Of a DNA stretch of 64,000 bases, positions 34,574 to 47,999 are shown one piece after another. The position numbers and the translations under genes were made by a program. The notes under the pieces were generated by a model. That model saw nothing but the letters and a program-made list of their open reading frames with translations. It ran no database searches and had not been told where the DNA came from. How positions within the stretch are numbered: position 1 is the stretch's first letter; each line of letters starts with the position of its first letter. Origin of the DNA: Paragordius varius (lineage: Eukaryota; Animalia; Nematomorpha); NCBI GenBank assembly GCA_964247055.1, contig OZ176058.1, positions 4,650,001 through 4,714,000 on the forward strand, in the 5' to 3' direction.

Positions 34574-37500
34574 ATGAAGGAGGGTGATTACATCGAAAAT
34601 CTTACGATGGCTATTGAGGAGTCTCGTCGTGCCATTTACACAGACACCCTATACCAATACAGTGATTTGTTTTGGGTTATAGCTACGTTTTATATGACCG
34701 TCATTTTTTGCATCGGTCTCATGGGTAATATTATGGTCGTACTTGTCGTTACGGTTAAAGTAGGCGGTGGTTCAACCGCTAAAAACCCGCTAAAAATTTC
34801 GACCAACGTATATTTGGTGAGTCTCGCTGTGGCGGATTGTATGTCTTTGCTCGCCGCTGTACCCGAACAAGTCGTGAGTCATTTCATACCCGTTAATCGA
34901 TGGGTCCTAGGCGGTCGCGTTATCTGTTCAGGGGCTATTTTTGTCCAATACCTATCTATCAATGCTTCAGCCTTATCGATTACGGCTTTTACGCTGGAAC
35001 GTTACCTGGCTATCTCCTACCCGCTGAAAGCTCAAGTCATCTGCACTTACAAACGCGCTCAAAAAATTGTGTTGGGCGTATGGATTTTTTCTCTGCTATA
35101 CTGTAGTCCATGGCTCTTTCTAACTTCCACGTTTCCCATGTACATTGTCCTCGAGAGGACAGAAACAGTCTACGCGAAACCTGGACAACAGCAAAATACT
35201 AGTAATTCGCATAGCAACTCTTTACCCTTTGAGGTGTCACCAAATAATTCTGTCTTAAAAACCAACTGTTTTTTCCTTCAAAACAAGGCAGTTGTTTCAC
35301 CTCATGACGATGACAAAAAAGAAAAAAGTGACCGTAAACGCCGACAAGCATTAGTAGGAACAGAACCGACGAAGAAAGACATAAATATTGATGAATTTAC
35401 TTCCTATTATCATTACGCTACTCCAAAACAGAACTATATAACGCTCTCTACTCCACACTATTACAAGTATACTAGAATTTATATATATAGTATATATCTA
35501 CATAATATTATTAATATTAATCAATATGTATATATATGACATTGTAAAAAATTTATGTTAATCAAAAACGAGGAGATAGACTCATCAGTTTCAGACAGTA
35601 TAGTCCATTAATTTAGATTGCAAAGCTAGAATATTAAATAAAGACATTTTCATTTCTTACGTCCTTCCTTATTATTTATTGGTAAATTAGAAAAATTTTT
35701 TCCAATGTCAAAGGCCATTCATTATAATTCCTGTGGTCATTTGCATATTTGAATGATTATGCAACAACAAAGTATAATAATATCAAGATAAGATTTTGAT
35801 TATACATTGTTTCTATGCTTGACGAATTCATTTTTAATTAAACTTTAATGACAAGATTTATTTGTTTTTGCAAATGGATTAAGAAAGAGAGATATAAATC
35901 TATTTTATTTTAAAAAAGTGAAATGACAAATCTTTGCATTTATCTTTCAAAAATTGGTTGGACTTTTTTTCAAAAACTAAATTTGTATGGCTCAAGTGAT
36001 ATGATATAACTTTTTTAACTTGATTACCTCAGTTGAGGTTAAAATTAAGGAATTAAGTATATAAATAAGGTTAGGAATTTTTTTATTTGAATTAACGTTA
36101 AATAATTAGGACTTTGCCTTAAAATACTGAAAAAGGTATTTGAAGCCATATATTAGCTATAATGATTCAAAATATACATTTTGTCTTTTATGTCAAAGTG
36201 TTAACTATGCTATACGTATTGTTATCCAATTTCTATCATAAATTCGAAAACCAATTGAAAATTCATAGAATTCAAACCCAAAAACCAAATTTTTTTTGGA
36301 AAAACCGTTTGTTTTGAAATATGTTAACCAAACTATCGGTTTTGGTCCTGTAAATATTTGTCTTAAGGTATTTCTAAATTTATTTATTTTATATATTTTT
36401 TAGTAGATATGCAGAAACCAATTATCGAAGGATAATCAAGCAAAATATCGGAAAAATACCAATGTTCTTTAATAGAACAACTTGCATATATGGTAAAGAA
36501 GATAATAACCTAAAACTAACATTGCAAAAATATGTGAAACACCAAAAAAATTTCATAAAATATCGGCGAAAAAAATCATTTCGGTCCAATGTTAGCGATG
36601 AAAGTTTTATTTTCAACCAAACGAGGAACACAAGTAACCTGTATGATAATGAAATTATAAAACCCTTTGAACAAAAGTTAGGGGAACAAAGCAACTTTAA
36701 CGATGATAAGAAAACGCAAACTTTCCTTAAGCAATACAATTTAAATGTCCGTACTACAACTTACCCCCAAAATACTCAAACTACTATAAATATTTTATCT
36801 TCAAAAGGTTTTTCTAAAGGAGAAAAAGAGCCATCTTTTTATTACATAAATCATACCCACCATCAAATAATTTATAGTTGGCAACATTGCAGTTATGTCA
36901 TTTCGAGAGAAGCCTACCTAGGATACTATATGACAGATTTAATTGTGTTTTATGCGCTCCCACTCATAATATCTTTCATATGTTATGGACTTATCATAAG
37001 AATTCTATTTCGAACCAACAAACACGAAAAATTGGTCAGAAATCGATTTGGTAATAAAAGTATTTTGCAAAAACATCATAATTACCGTGATAACTCAGAG
37101 AATGGAAAAAACAGAAAAATCGTTGGACAACAGCAAGAACGCGAACAAGATCAAACTATCTCAAATCTTTCTGACATAAATATTGTCAATACTAACATTC
37201 CAGTTAAAACAGAGCAATCTTTTGTGTCTGACATTAATAAGCATTATGATTTCAATAATGACAAACGTAATCAAATCCATCAAATTATTGATGGTAATAA
37301 TGATAAGAATGGCCTCCCAAGACAAGGGAGAAATGATAAAATTATCGGAATGTCAACAATCCATCAATTATCCAATTCCAGCTTAAACCATGAAAACATA
37401 GCTAGTCAAAACAGTCAAAACAACATAAATACTTCACCTCAAACCATTTTTCCATATCTAGAGATGGTGCCAACAAAAACAATATCTGATACCAATAAAA

Positions 37501-40500
37501 ACAACGAATTAATAATCAATTTGAGTAATGACAGAAGCGTTTTGCCTGATGGCAGCCAGATTAAAAGTGTTAAAAATGGGAATGAGTCAAATCAATCATT
37601 GGCTAATCCTAGCACCAGAAAATCTGAAAAAATTATGGTTCTTTCACCAACGAAAATATCAGCATTATCCCATGTAAGTTATGTTTTGTAATTATTTTTA
37701 TCGTTATAGAGAATAAATAAACTTTTTTATCTTAACGTAACCATAAGATATACATAAATCAATCAAAAACAAAAAAATTACATATCTTAATTCAAAAAAG
37801 CTGCTGACTGACTATTTTATTTTATATGAATCCCAATAGAATCAGTTGTCTATCCATCTCTCTCCCTCTTCTGGTTGTTTTTATGGTCAAGCCTGGTTTA
37901 ACTGAAAATTAAAATGTTGAAAAGAGTATTGATAGTTTTTTACTAGTAAATATATAACGTTTTGAATAACATTGGAACAAATTTTCTATAAATAATGCTA
38001 ATTTTTTTACACTTAAAAAACTTATTATGTTTACTTCTTAATCCGAATCGAAAAAATTGAATACCCTGGTTGGGATTGTATACTAAATTATACCCTAATA
38101 GATGTTTAAATTATCCATAATTTACAGTAAAAATTAAAATTATATGTTTTCTATATTATGTTATCTCCGGCTTTAAAAAAATTAAAAGACTTATTTTCAA
38201 AAAAAGATGGTTTCGGGGTGTCGCAAAATAGGGGATAAATATGTAAAATGTTTACATACTCAATATATTTTCAATAATTTGTATAAGTATAGAGTATAAA
38301 ATGAAATTTTACGGACAAAACCTTAAAATATAAAGACAAATATTTTTTCTAAGACAACTCCATACTTTTTTAACCTTCATTTTCAAAAATTAACTCATTG
38401 TTTTAAATTTTAAAGTCGGAAATTGATATGTATATTGGTGACATATTCAATTATATATTTTATAATTGTAATTAGATAATTTATTTGAAAAAATTATGAT
38501 TTATAAAAGTATGGGGCTGTCTTTTAGAAAAAAAATATTTGTCCTTATATTTTTACTTTTTGTCCATAGTATAATTTCAGTTTTTACTGTAATATTAATG
38601 TTTAAAAAGTGTTGTGTTGATTCGTCTTTTAGTTTTTACATTTTTTCTGTATATTTTATTTTTTACTGTAAATATGATAGTTAATGCTCAATCATTTTTT
38701 TCTCAAAAATAAATTGAAAATCTCATAAACATTTATTGACGGTTTAAAATTAATAAGGACTTTTCACGATTAAAAATTTTTGAAACATTCTATTTAGTAT
38801 AAGCCATAGTAGCCCATAGAATGCAAAATTTTCATTTTAGCTTAATATCATTGATATTCATCGTAATAATCGATTTTGAATTTGCTAATAACTCTACCTT
38901 GAAAGATGTGTGTGAATGTTAAATATAAATTATACCAAGCTCTTTTTATTACAATCAATTATTTTTATTTTAAAACATAAAAAGGCCCAATTGAGGTTAC
39001 TCTTTTATTCTATTTTTCTTTTAAAATTTACTTAAAAGCTGAATCTCAAGGACATTTTGACACTTTTTAAACGTGTGCCTTTTTAAAATATTTACTTATA
39101 AATAATAAATTAATATAATTACTTTTTTTGTTTTCTTACTTTAATAACTTAATCATTTAATGCTTTTTTCATAAGTTAACTACATTTTGGCTAAATTTTA
39201 AATTTGAAAAGTTTAAAACGATATTTTTGAACCAATTTTGTAATCCTGAATGTAAAGGTTAGCCTAAGCTGATTACAAATTTTTAAACCGTTTTTCTGAT
39301 ATTTAATCTATATTCTATATCTATATTATAACTTTCAATTGTTAATATAGATATTTATATTTTTAATTTTAAACTATCATATAAAAATTGTATTGTACAA
39401 TATATAAATCTCCTGAGAATACTTAGAATATGTTGCGATACTCTGATAGATTTTAAAACAATTATATATATTATGAAAAAATTATTATTTTTAATATATG
39501 ATATAAATAATATTTTTTTGATACATTCAAATATCTGTGTCGGAATAAAACATTTTAAATATAAAGTTAATTGACAAAATGCTAAAAATATATTGTGTAT
39601 CTAACTAATACAGTAAAAATTTCATTACGTGGGCAAAACGTAAAAAGTAAAAGTAATGTTTTTATAAATAAAATTATTTTTTTTCCCCAATTTTATATAT
39701 AGTTTTTTGTAAATCTAAATATGAATTAAAATTATATATTTTGTTTATATAGTTTTAATGTGTTTAAAGGATTATTTAATGGAAAAAGTATGCTATAATT
39801 ACAGTAAAATTGAAATTTTATGGAAAAAATGTACTAGATAGATATATTTTCTACAATCAGAAACTTTTTTAATCTTTGATATTTCGTTTATCCACGATTC
39901 AAAACTATGAGCTAAATAAGAAATATCAAAATTCTTATGAATATTTAATGTTAGTTTTATTTTTTAGCATATATTTATTTTTCTTTTTTCCCACCCAAAA
40001 CGATAGGTTATTACAATCAAATTGTTATTAAAATTTAATTTTTTACCCATATATTGAATAGAATAAATTGATAACGACAAAGACGGAAACCAAATTTATT
40101 AAACCTTGCTATCAAGATAAAACTTTCTTATCAAACATGGCAAAAGTTAATAAAGATTTCCAACAAATTATTGATTCTGGAAAATCTGCCCCTGCACCTC
40201 CGAATAAAAAAATGAGGGCCAATAGTAATTCTTTCACAAAAGCCCGTAAAATTAATCGCAAATATACTGCCATATTTCGACCAAGCCCTTCGCAGCGAAA
40301 ACGATTCAATAATAAATTAACAAATAATTTACCTGCTACTCAAGATTTATACTGTTCAGTTTCTACTTTGTCCCCTTTAGTGCTTAAAAATAAAGCGAAT
40401 GGAGGAGCAATATCAAGCCATATTACAGCAGTAAAAATTTCTAATATACAGGCTAAACAAACATAAATACATGAGTTTTTCTTTTTTCAAAGAAACCTTA

Positions 40501-43500
40501 TTTTTTTGAAGAAAATTCTTATAAAAACTATTTAATTATAATACCAATTTATATCTGTAATCCATACTTAGCTATTAAAAGCAATCATTTAGTTATACAG
40601 TAAAAACTGATGATATACGGACAAAACGTAAAAATATAAAAAATAAATATTTTTTTCTAAAAGACAACCATACTTTTTGAATCTTGATTTTTATTTAAAT
40701 TGGCAAAGTGTGAAATAGAGATATACATAACACAATATATTGTAACTAAATAGCTTATATTGAAAAGTTTAGGCTTTAAAAAAGTATGGTTGTCTTTTAG
40801 ATAAAAATATTTGTCTTTATATAATTTTCGTTTATTTCAATTTTTACTGTAACAAAAACTATAATATATATAATTGATTGTGTTACCAATTTACATCTTA
40901 AATCCATACTTTGCTCCTCAAAACAATCATTTATTTATAATTAAAGTTTAAATCTATTTGCAAAAAAACATATTTGTCATTATATTTTTACGTTTTGTCC
41001 GTATATAATTTCAATTTTTACTATAATTAGCAAAATTATAATATAATTGATTGTGTTACCAATTTACATGTCTAACCCATACTTTGCTCCTTAAAACAAT
41101 CATTAAGATATAATTTTGGGTATTTGCAAAAACAAATTTGTCTTAATGTGTTTTTACGTTATAATATCATCATCGCTTTTTTACTGTAATCATCAGAATA
41201 TCAACAACAACAGCAAGAGTTTCCAAGAAAGACCATCTATATGGTCAATCCGTTCAGGTCTGGAGAAACGATTAAGTCGACTCACAATGGTTTCCAATAG
41301 TCCCTCCCCTTCGCCCCCACCTTACATGTTAACGACACATAAAAGACGTGAAAAGCGTTCCGGAAAATCCAAGCTAAGAACCAAAATGCAGGTGAGTTTT
41401 GTTTTAGAATTTTTTTTCTAAATTAGTTTTGTGTTTCTGATTGCGTTTTATCAACAAAAAATTATGAAATGTATTTGAGAAAATTCATTAAATAATTATT
41501 CTGTTTTTTAATTAATACGGTCCTGATCAATGCATATAATAGTAAAAATTAGAATATTATACGGACAAAAGGTGAAAATATATGGACAAATATTTTTTTT
41601 AAAGACAACCATACTTTTTGAATCTTGATTTATTTCTATATAACTCATTGTTTCAGTATGCATATTAAAGAATTGATATTTATATTGGTGATTTAAAATT
41701 GTAATTTTATAATTTTTAAGAGAAAAATTAAGGTTTAAAAATGTGTATAGTTGTCTTTTAGAAAATAAATTTGTCTTTATATTCCTACATTTTGTCCGTA
41801 TAATTTCAGTTTTATTTTATTAGATATTTCAAAGACAAACTTACAGTAGCGTATGGTATAAAACAATATTAGTCCACAAAAGAATAAAAAAATGTTTTTC
41901 TAAAAAAACAAGGGGGTATTATAGATATGTGTATATACAACTAGGCTTGTTTTTTTTAAAAAAAACATTTTTTATTCTATTATGGGCTAATAATGTTTTA
42001 TGCCATACGCTATTCATAAACAAATTGTATAGAAATATTAATTTTATTAAATTAATTTTAGCAATAATATACATTTAAATTATTTTTTATTTGGTATTTT
42101 ACAAACAAATTTTCGATTAGGCGTATAAAATAAAGCACCATCCTATTTATGATAACAAAACAATTATTAATTTTAAAATATTTTTATAGTTTAAATTATT
42201 TTTTTATTGTAAATACACGACATGGTTCCTAAATCATTACTTATAGTTAACAATTAATTAAAAGTAAGGATAAGGTTGAATAATTTCGATTAATTTTAAC
42301 CAAGGACACACTTGGTAAAAACTAATTATAAGAAGTTTCATTGACATTAAGGTTATTTTATTGGTTAAAATTATGCTGGCTAGCGAATAATTAAAAAAAG
42401 CAAATAACATATTATTTTATTTTTATAGTAAAATAGCTTCTTTAAGATTTTTATATCTGAATCAAACTGAAATAACACCCCACTTTTAGTTTTGTGAATC
42501 ACAACTGCGGTTTTAAAAAAGATCTATCTACTAATTTATAATAAAAAAATTTTAAACTTCGCTTAATGTTTAAATTTACTTTTAACTAATATTTGTAGAA
42601 AAAAACAGCACAAATTAAATTAGCGAAAGGATTTGTAAAAAATTATGTGAAACCTAAATTTATCCGATTTTTTAATCAAACAAATTTTAATACCATGATA
42701 CAGTTAAAATTAGAGTTAATAAGACAAAACAAAAAGCAAGAAGGTTTACTAAAACTAATTAGACTATCGTTTAAGGCGAAATGAAAAGGAATGTGTAAAC
42801 TCGATAACACACAATTTTATTTCACCATTAAATTAAATGTACACTTTTTTTATTTTATACACATTTAACACTCTGTTTTTGTTTCCATATGTTACCATTT
42901 TCATTCTGTACTCCCTATTTCTCAAACCAAACGATTGGTAACTATACTATCTCCCATTTATAATTCAAAATTAATCTTGAACGATTTAAGTTCACCCTTT
43001 AACAATTCAAATTTACCCTAAAAATAAATTATGTGTTTTCGGGCAGCTAATGTAACTCATCATAAATATGAGAAAATATTTAATACATAGTTTAATATTT
43101 TTTCAGCGTTATAATAGTTTTAAACAGAATTTCAGATTATAATAATATTAAAAAATAAAAATAAATAAACACTTAATTATTTTAGAGTGAATTTGAATTG
43201 TCCAAGGAGGAATTTGAATTGTTCGGCAAATTTGAATTGTTTAAGGGTGAATTTAAATTTTTTAAGGGTAAAGTTGAATTGTTGAAGGGTGAATTTAAAC
43301 TGTAAATGGTATATGTACTTTAATGATGTTCGTTCTATTCACATTATTCTTGGCTATATTTTTACGTTTTGTCCGTATATATTTCAATTTTTACTTTTTA
43401 TGTTTTGTCTCTAAATTTTAGTTATCAATTTCATAATGTTGTTTTTTATACATTATTCAAGGTTATCAAAATGTTGGTTGTAGTCGTAACGCTTTTTGCC

Positions 43501-46500
43501 CTTCTCTGGATGCCTTACCGATTTCTAGTCGTTTATAATTCCTACGCACCTCCTGAAAACAAAATAACCAATCTTTGGTTTCTACTTTATTTATCATTTA
43601 TCATATATTTTTATCATAGATTTTGCATTTTAAAACCCCTTTTTACAAAACTATTTATAAAATTTAATTTGGTCCAGATATTATTTTTTTCTAGGTTTAT
43701 TCATTTTTAAATGATACAATTTGGAGATCAAATTTAACCAAAAATTAACCTTTTATGAAACACTGTGTAGATCTAAGAAGGGCCAGTTCTAAAAAAACAA
43801 TATTTATCCGAAATCATTTGCTTAATACACGGGCTCATTTCACAATATGCTTTACATTTAAATTTTCTCTTAATTATATACAGTAAAAATTGAAATTATA
43901 CGGATAAAACTTAAAAATATATAGACAAATATATTTTTTCAAAAGACAATCATACTTTTTAAAATTTTGCTAAATAAATTTACAATCGTAAACTACAAAA
44001 TTGATAGTGCCACCAATTTACATTTCTATTTTACATTTTGCAGTTTAAAACAATCACTTACAATAAAATAAATCAAGATACAAAAAATATGGTTATCTTT
44101 TAAAACAAAATATTTATCTTTATATTTTACGTTTTGTCCGTAAGATTTCAATTTTTACTGTATATTTATTATGTTGGTTTTGAGACCACTTTCCGAAAGT
44201 CGGGCCCTTTTTAATACTACACAGGGTAAACCCCAAGTAAAAAATATAAAATGGAAAAACTTAAAAAAATGTCTTTGGAACATTTTTTGGGAAACAGGTT
44301 AGCCCCATTCAGATTTATTTAACATAGGGGCCCCATTCTTTCCATTAGATATTCATAAAATAATAACTGAATAAATAATTTATAATTTTTTTATCTACTA
44401 TAAAAAACGCATGTGTGTATTATGCCCATCCTAATAGCTTACAGGCTCGACGCTTGCGTAGAGGTCTCTTCGGGTTTGAGTTTTGAACAACAACTTACCT
44501 TGGAGTTAACCAGTTTGATCCCTTTTCCAGGAGTTATCATTACCTAGGAGAGTATAATATAATATTCTGAGATGATAGTCGTATACCCCTGCCGTTACCC
44601 CTTACCCAACTCAGTTTTTTTTATATAATAGAGGTTGGTTGGACCGAAATTCGCGACTAAGCTCTACTTCATGCATTATACATTCAATTGGGGTCGACTT
44701 TATTCCCGGGATAGGATTGTTAACTTGATTTGAAAGAAGTTCTTTTAACGATGTTGGCAACTTATTCTGTAGGATTAAACACCGTTTATTGTTTCATGCG
44801 CAGCAATAAGTCGGTTTTGGTGGAGTTATATTTAATTTTTATATTTTTATTACTGTTTCTGTCAATCGTTGGTCTTTGTATGATAGCGTACCCGATGTAC
44901 TTTTTATAACGTTTTTGTAATAACGGTTTGAATTCTTGTCCAAAGTAGCTGGCATTATCAGTTACGATTTGACACGAAAATCCATATCTAGCCAAATGCT
45001 TTCCAGCGGCAGTTTGGAATAAAAAAATACACTTTGTGCACATCCACTTCGATTCAGCGGGTGGCGCTATCGATAGTTAACAAGTAATCTATCAGCTGGT
45101 TAAGCAATATCTATATGAAGCCGCTCCCATTTCATAGTATAAATATTTCACCTATAGAGTGGATTTTCGGGGTTATTGGATCGTTTGGATAGATATGCCT
45201 TGTAATTCTCTACCCATCGAGTGAGATCGTCTCTATGTCATTGATACTGAACTGCGGTCATTTAGACAAGGTAGATTATAGCAGGTCAATTTGAGGTTTT
45301 AGATTTACCCCTTTCTTTAAGCGCCATTTTTACTTTGTTTAGAAGTTTCCTTTATGGTAGTTTCATCAATTGTTTCTTGATAGTTACAGAATCATCCCCT
45401 TCATAAACGTTGATAGAGAGTGGTAATCTGGGGCCAGTTAAATTTCTTTAATCATCTTTAGATTTCTCATATTGTGTTGAATGGACTTATATATCCACTT
45501 TTGTACAGTAAAAATTAAAATTATACGGACAAAAATAAAAATATAAAGACAAATGTTTTTATAAAAAAGACAACCATACTGTTTTGGACCTTAATTTTCC
45601 CATAGTAGCTATTTAATTACATTTTTAAAATAAAGAATTGATTGTAGTTTTATATATCTTTATTTCAGACTTTGCCATTTAAAACAATGAGCTATATTGA
45701 AATAAATCAAGATTTAAAAAGTATGGTTGCCTTTTAGAAAAAAATATTTGTTTTTATATTTTTACGTTTTGTCCGTATAATTTCAGTTTTTACTGTAATA
45801 TAGAATTTCTGTTATTAACATCTTTTTTCCTCCTAAAAGCCACCTAGGCTTCATATCGTTTATTAAAAACCATAAGTATTTATTGTTATAACAAATTCAT
45901 TCTTATCGGTTACCGCATTTGTTTAGCTTAACTAAATCGCATATTATTGAATCAATTTTATTGCTCTTACAGGTACAAACTATTTTGTCGCCTCATGGTT
46001 TTCATCAATAATGCCATGAACCCATTTCTGTACAGCGCTTTGTCTGTTAAATATCGTCGAGCTTTCCGTAAATTCTGTCGATTCCATTTGTTGTGTGGAG
46101 CGCAATATTTGTGGCCTTTCCCTTGGAAAAAACTTGGGCGCAAAGATGGGAGCACGTTATCAAAATCTATAACATTTCGAACAGGTAGGTGGTGATATCT
46201 TTAATTTTTTTTCAAACTTTACGTTATTGTATATTATTATATTTTAGAGTAAAACATAAAATTATTTACTAAAGAATATGTTTTTAAATCTAGATCTTCA
46301 AGTAGACTGCGCAATAACAGTAAAAATTGACTATTTTATAGACAAAACGTAAAACTAATTAGATAAATATTTTTTTCAACCTTGCTTTTTAAAAAAGTTG
46401 GATGCCTATGCTGAAAAATATAAAACAGAGATATGAATTGGTAATATCAACTATATATTTAATGATTGCAAAAATAGCTTATATAAAAAATTTAGGGTTA

Positions 46501-47526
46501 AAAACATGTGTTTGTCTTTTGAAACGGGTTATTCTTATTTTTTATAGTTTTGTCCTTAACAACAAAAAATATTTTTTAGATGTTGATTTTTCAAGGAAAC
46601 GCCTTCCCTCCACATTCTTTCGCGAGGACAGCAAATTCAATAATGGTGACGAAGAAGAGATGGACAGTTTCTTAGAGTCGGAATATCTCAATCTTGTCCG
46701 GCAAAACCGCAAATCTGCCCATATCTGGACAAACAAACAAGGAGAAAAAATTGATTTAAACTCCACCGCCATAGATGATAATGTGGCGAGGAGACCAAAA
46801 TTAGATTCTCCCATAAAACCAATTCTGAAAAAAAACGCTGCCCTAAATACCAACATCATGTATTTGAATGTTGACGACTCAACCGGTCGTCCCTCCTTTA
46901 AGGGTGGTGTAAGGAAGGGACCATTTTCTCGACAAATCTCAAGGCTAGAATCGACATCTCATCACGACGATATTTGGAAATTACAGCAGAGGCCTTCAAC
47001 TTCATCTGGGCTATTTAAAACACATAGTGCTTACCAGCTAGAAGAACCTTTAATACAATCCCACCCTTATGAAAATGTTTACAACAATACAGAACAAGAA
47101 ATTAAATTACATAAAAATGACACAACAGTATTAAATAGACCACTAATGACAGATTTCAGGAAATTACCTGAAACGTATATATCTTGTTTTTTCAATAACA
47201 GCAATACAAACAAAACCCAAAACAACATTCCCTCAGGAAGTAGTCCTTTCAAAAATAGTTTTCCTTCGTACTACAAACCTCCCAGGACAGGAAGTATTTG
47301 GCAAAAACGTTTTGATTTACCCAACAGCAATGTATCAAATAATCAATCATCTAGTCAACCAGAAGAACCTGCCTTACTTTTTACTAATGCCGCCACGATC
47401 AAAGAAATTCTTAGTAGCAATTCTTCAGACGAAGAAGAAAAGTGGAATTATGATTTTTACTCATCTGCAGTTAGCCCGTCTCATGATTCTGATACTCATC
47501 GTTTAATTCAAACGCAAGGGAGATGA
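34574..47526 (+). CDS. TRHR: Copy 3 (A-type): open-frame 7TM TRHR-like paralogue, ~1330 aa, lacking the N-terminal extension and the C-terminal motif
   Basis: Homology to copy 1 begins at 34471 (= 4328); first ATG at 34574. Exons 34574-35466, 36407-37673, 40062-40430, 41197-41391, 43462-43577, 45973-46184, 46580-47526 (3999 nt). A 2-nt deletion near 47518 gives TGA at 47524; the ancestral stop lies at 47699-47701. Expression unknown. Confidence 0.7.
40598..40849. mobile_element. Family A MITE in copy 3 intron 3
   Basis: TA|CAGTAAAAACTGATG ... TTTTTACTG|TA. Confidence 0.7.
42954..43309. mobile_element. Family D foldback MITE in copy 3 intron 4
   Basis: Very similar to 12272-12623. Confidence 0.7.
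44440..45435 (-). mobile_element. Ty3/Gypsy pol fossil in copy 3 intron 5
   Basis: ORF 44786-45043(-) contains KHLARYGFSCQIVTDNASYF, like the integrase motif FARFG.P..IVSDNG..F. Confidence 0.8.
45506..45795. mobile_element. Family A MITE, 290 bp, copy 3 intron 5
   Basis: TA TSD and ~90 bp TIRs. Confidence 0.8.
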
Positions 47527-47813
47527 CTGGCAGTTACCTCAAAGGAAAACAAATACCATTTCATCGTCTTTAACTAATAATAATAATAAGCAAATAAGCA
47601 ACATAAAATATTCTCCGAGCATGTCTTTTGCCGACACAGTTTGGGTCAAACGGGTCTTATTAAACGGACGCCTAAGCGTTTCACTCGAAAGTCGTCTCTA
47701 ATCAACGACAATTATATGAAATTTTAGTTTATAAATATTTACGACGATATTAAATACTAAAAAGGAAATAAATTAAATATACATATTTATGTATATATAT
47801 ATATGTATATATA

Positions 47814-47999
47814 CAGTCATGTATCTTTTATTTTAACGATTTTTTTTCGTCAAATGGGGGTATAAATGTTTGGTAAAGAATGGAAAAAAACAAGAGCTCT
47901 ATAACAATATCATATTCATTAAAAAGGTATAAGAATTATATTTTTATTTGTCAAAGAAAAGAGCTCAATGGTATTAACCATATCATATTAAGATTAAGG
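47814..47999. mobile_element. Left arm only of a family C foldback MITE, fused to copy 4 TM1
   Basis: Near-identical to 17156-17339, with the same junction sequence. Confidence 0.72.
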
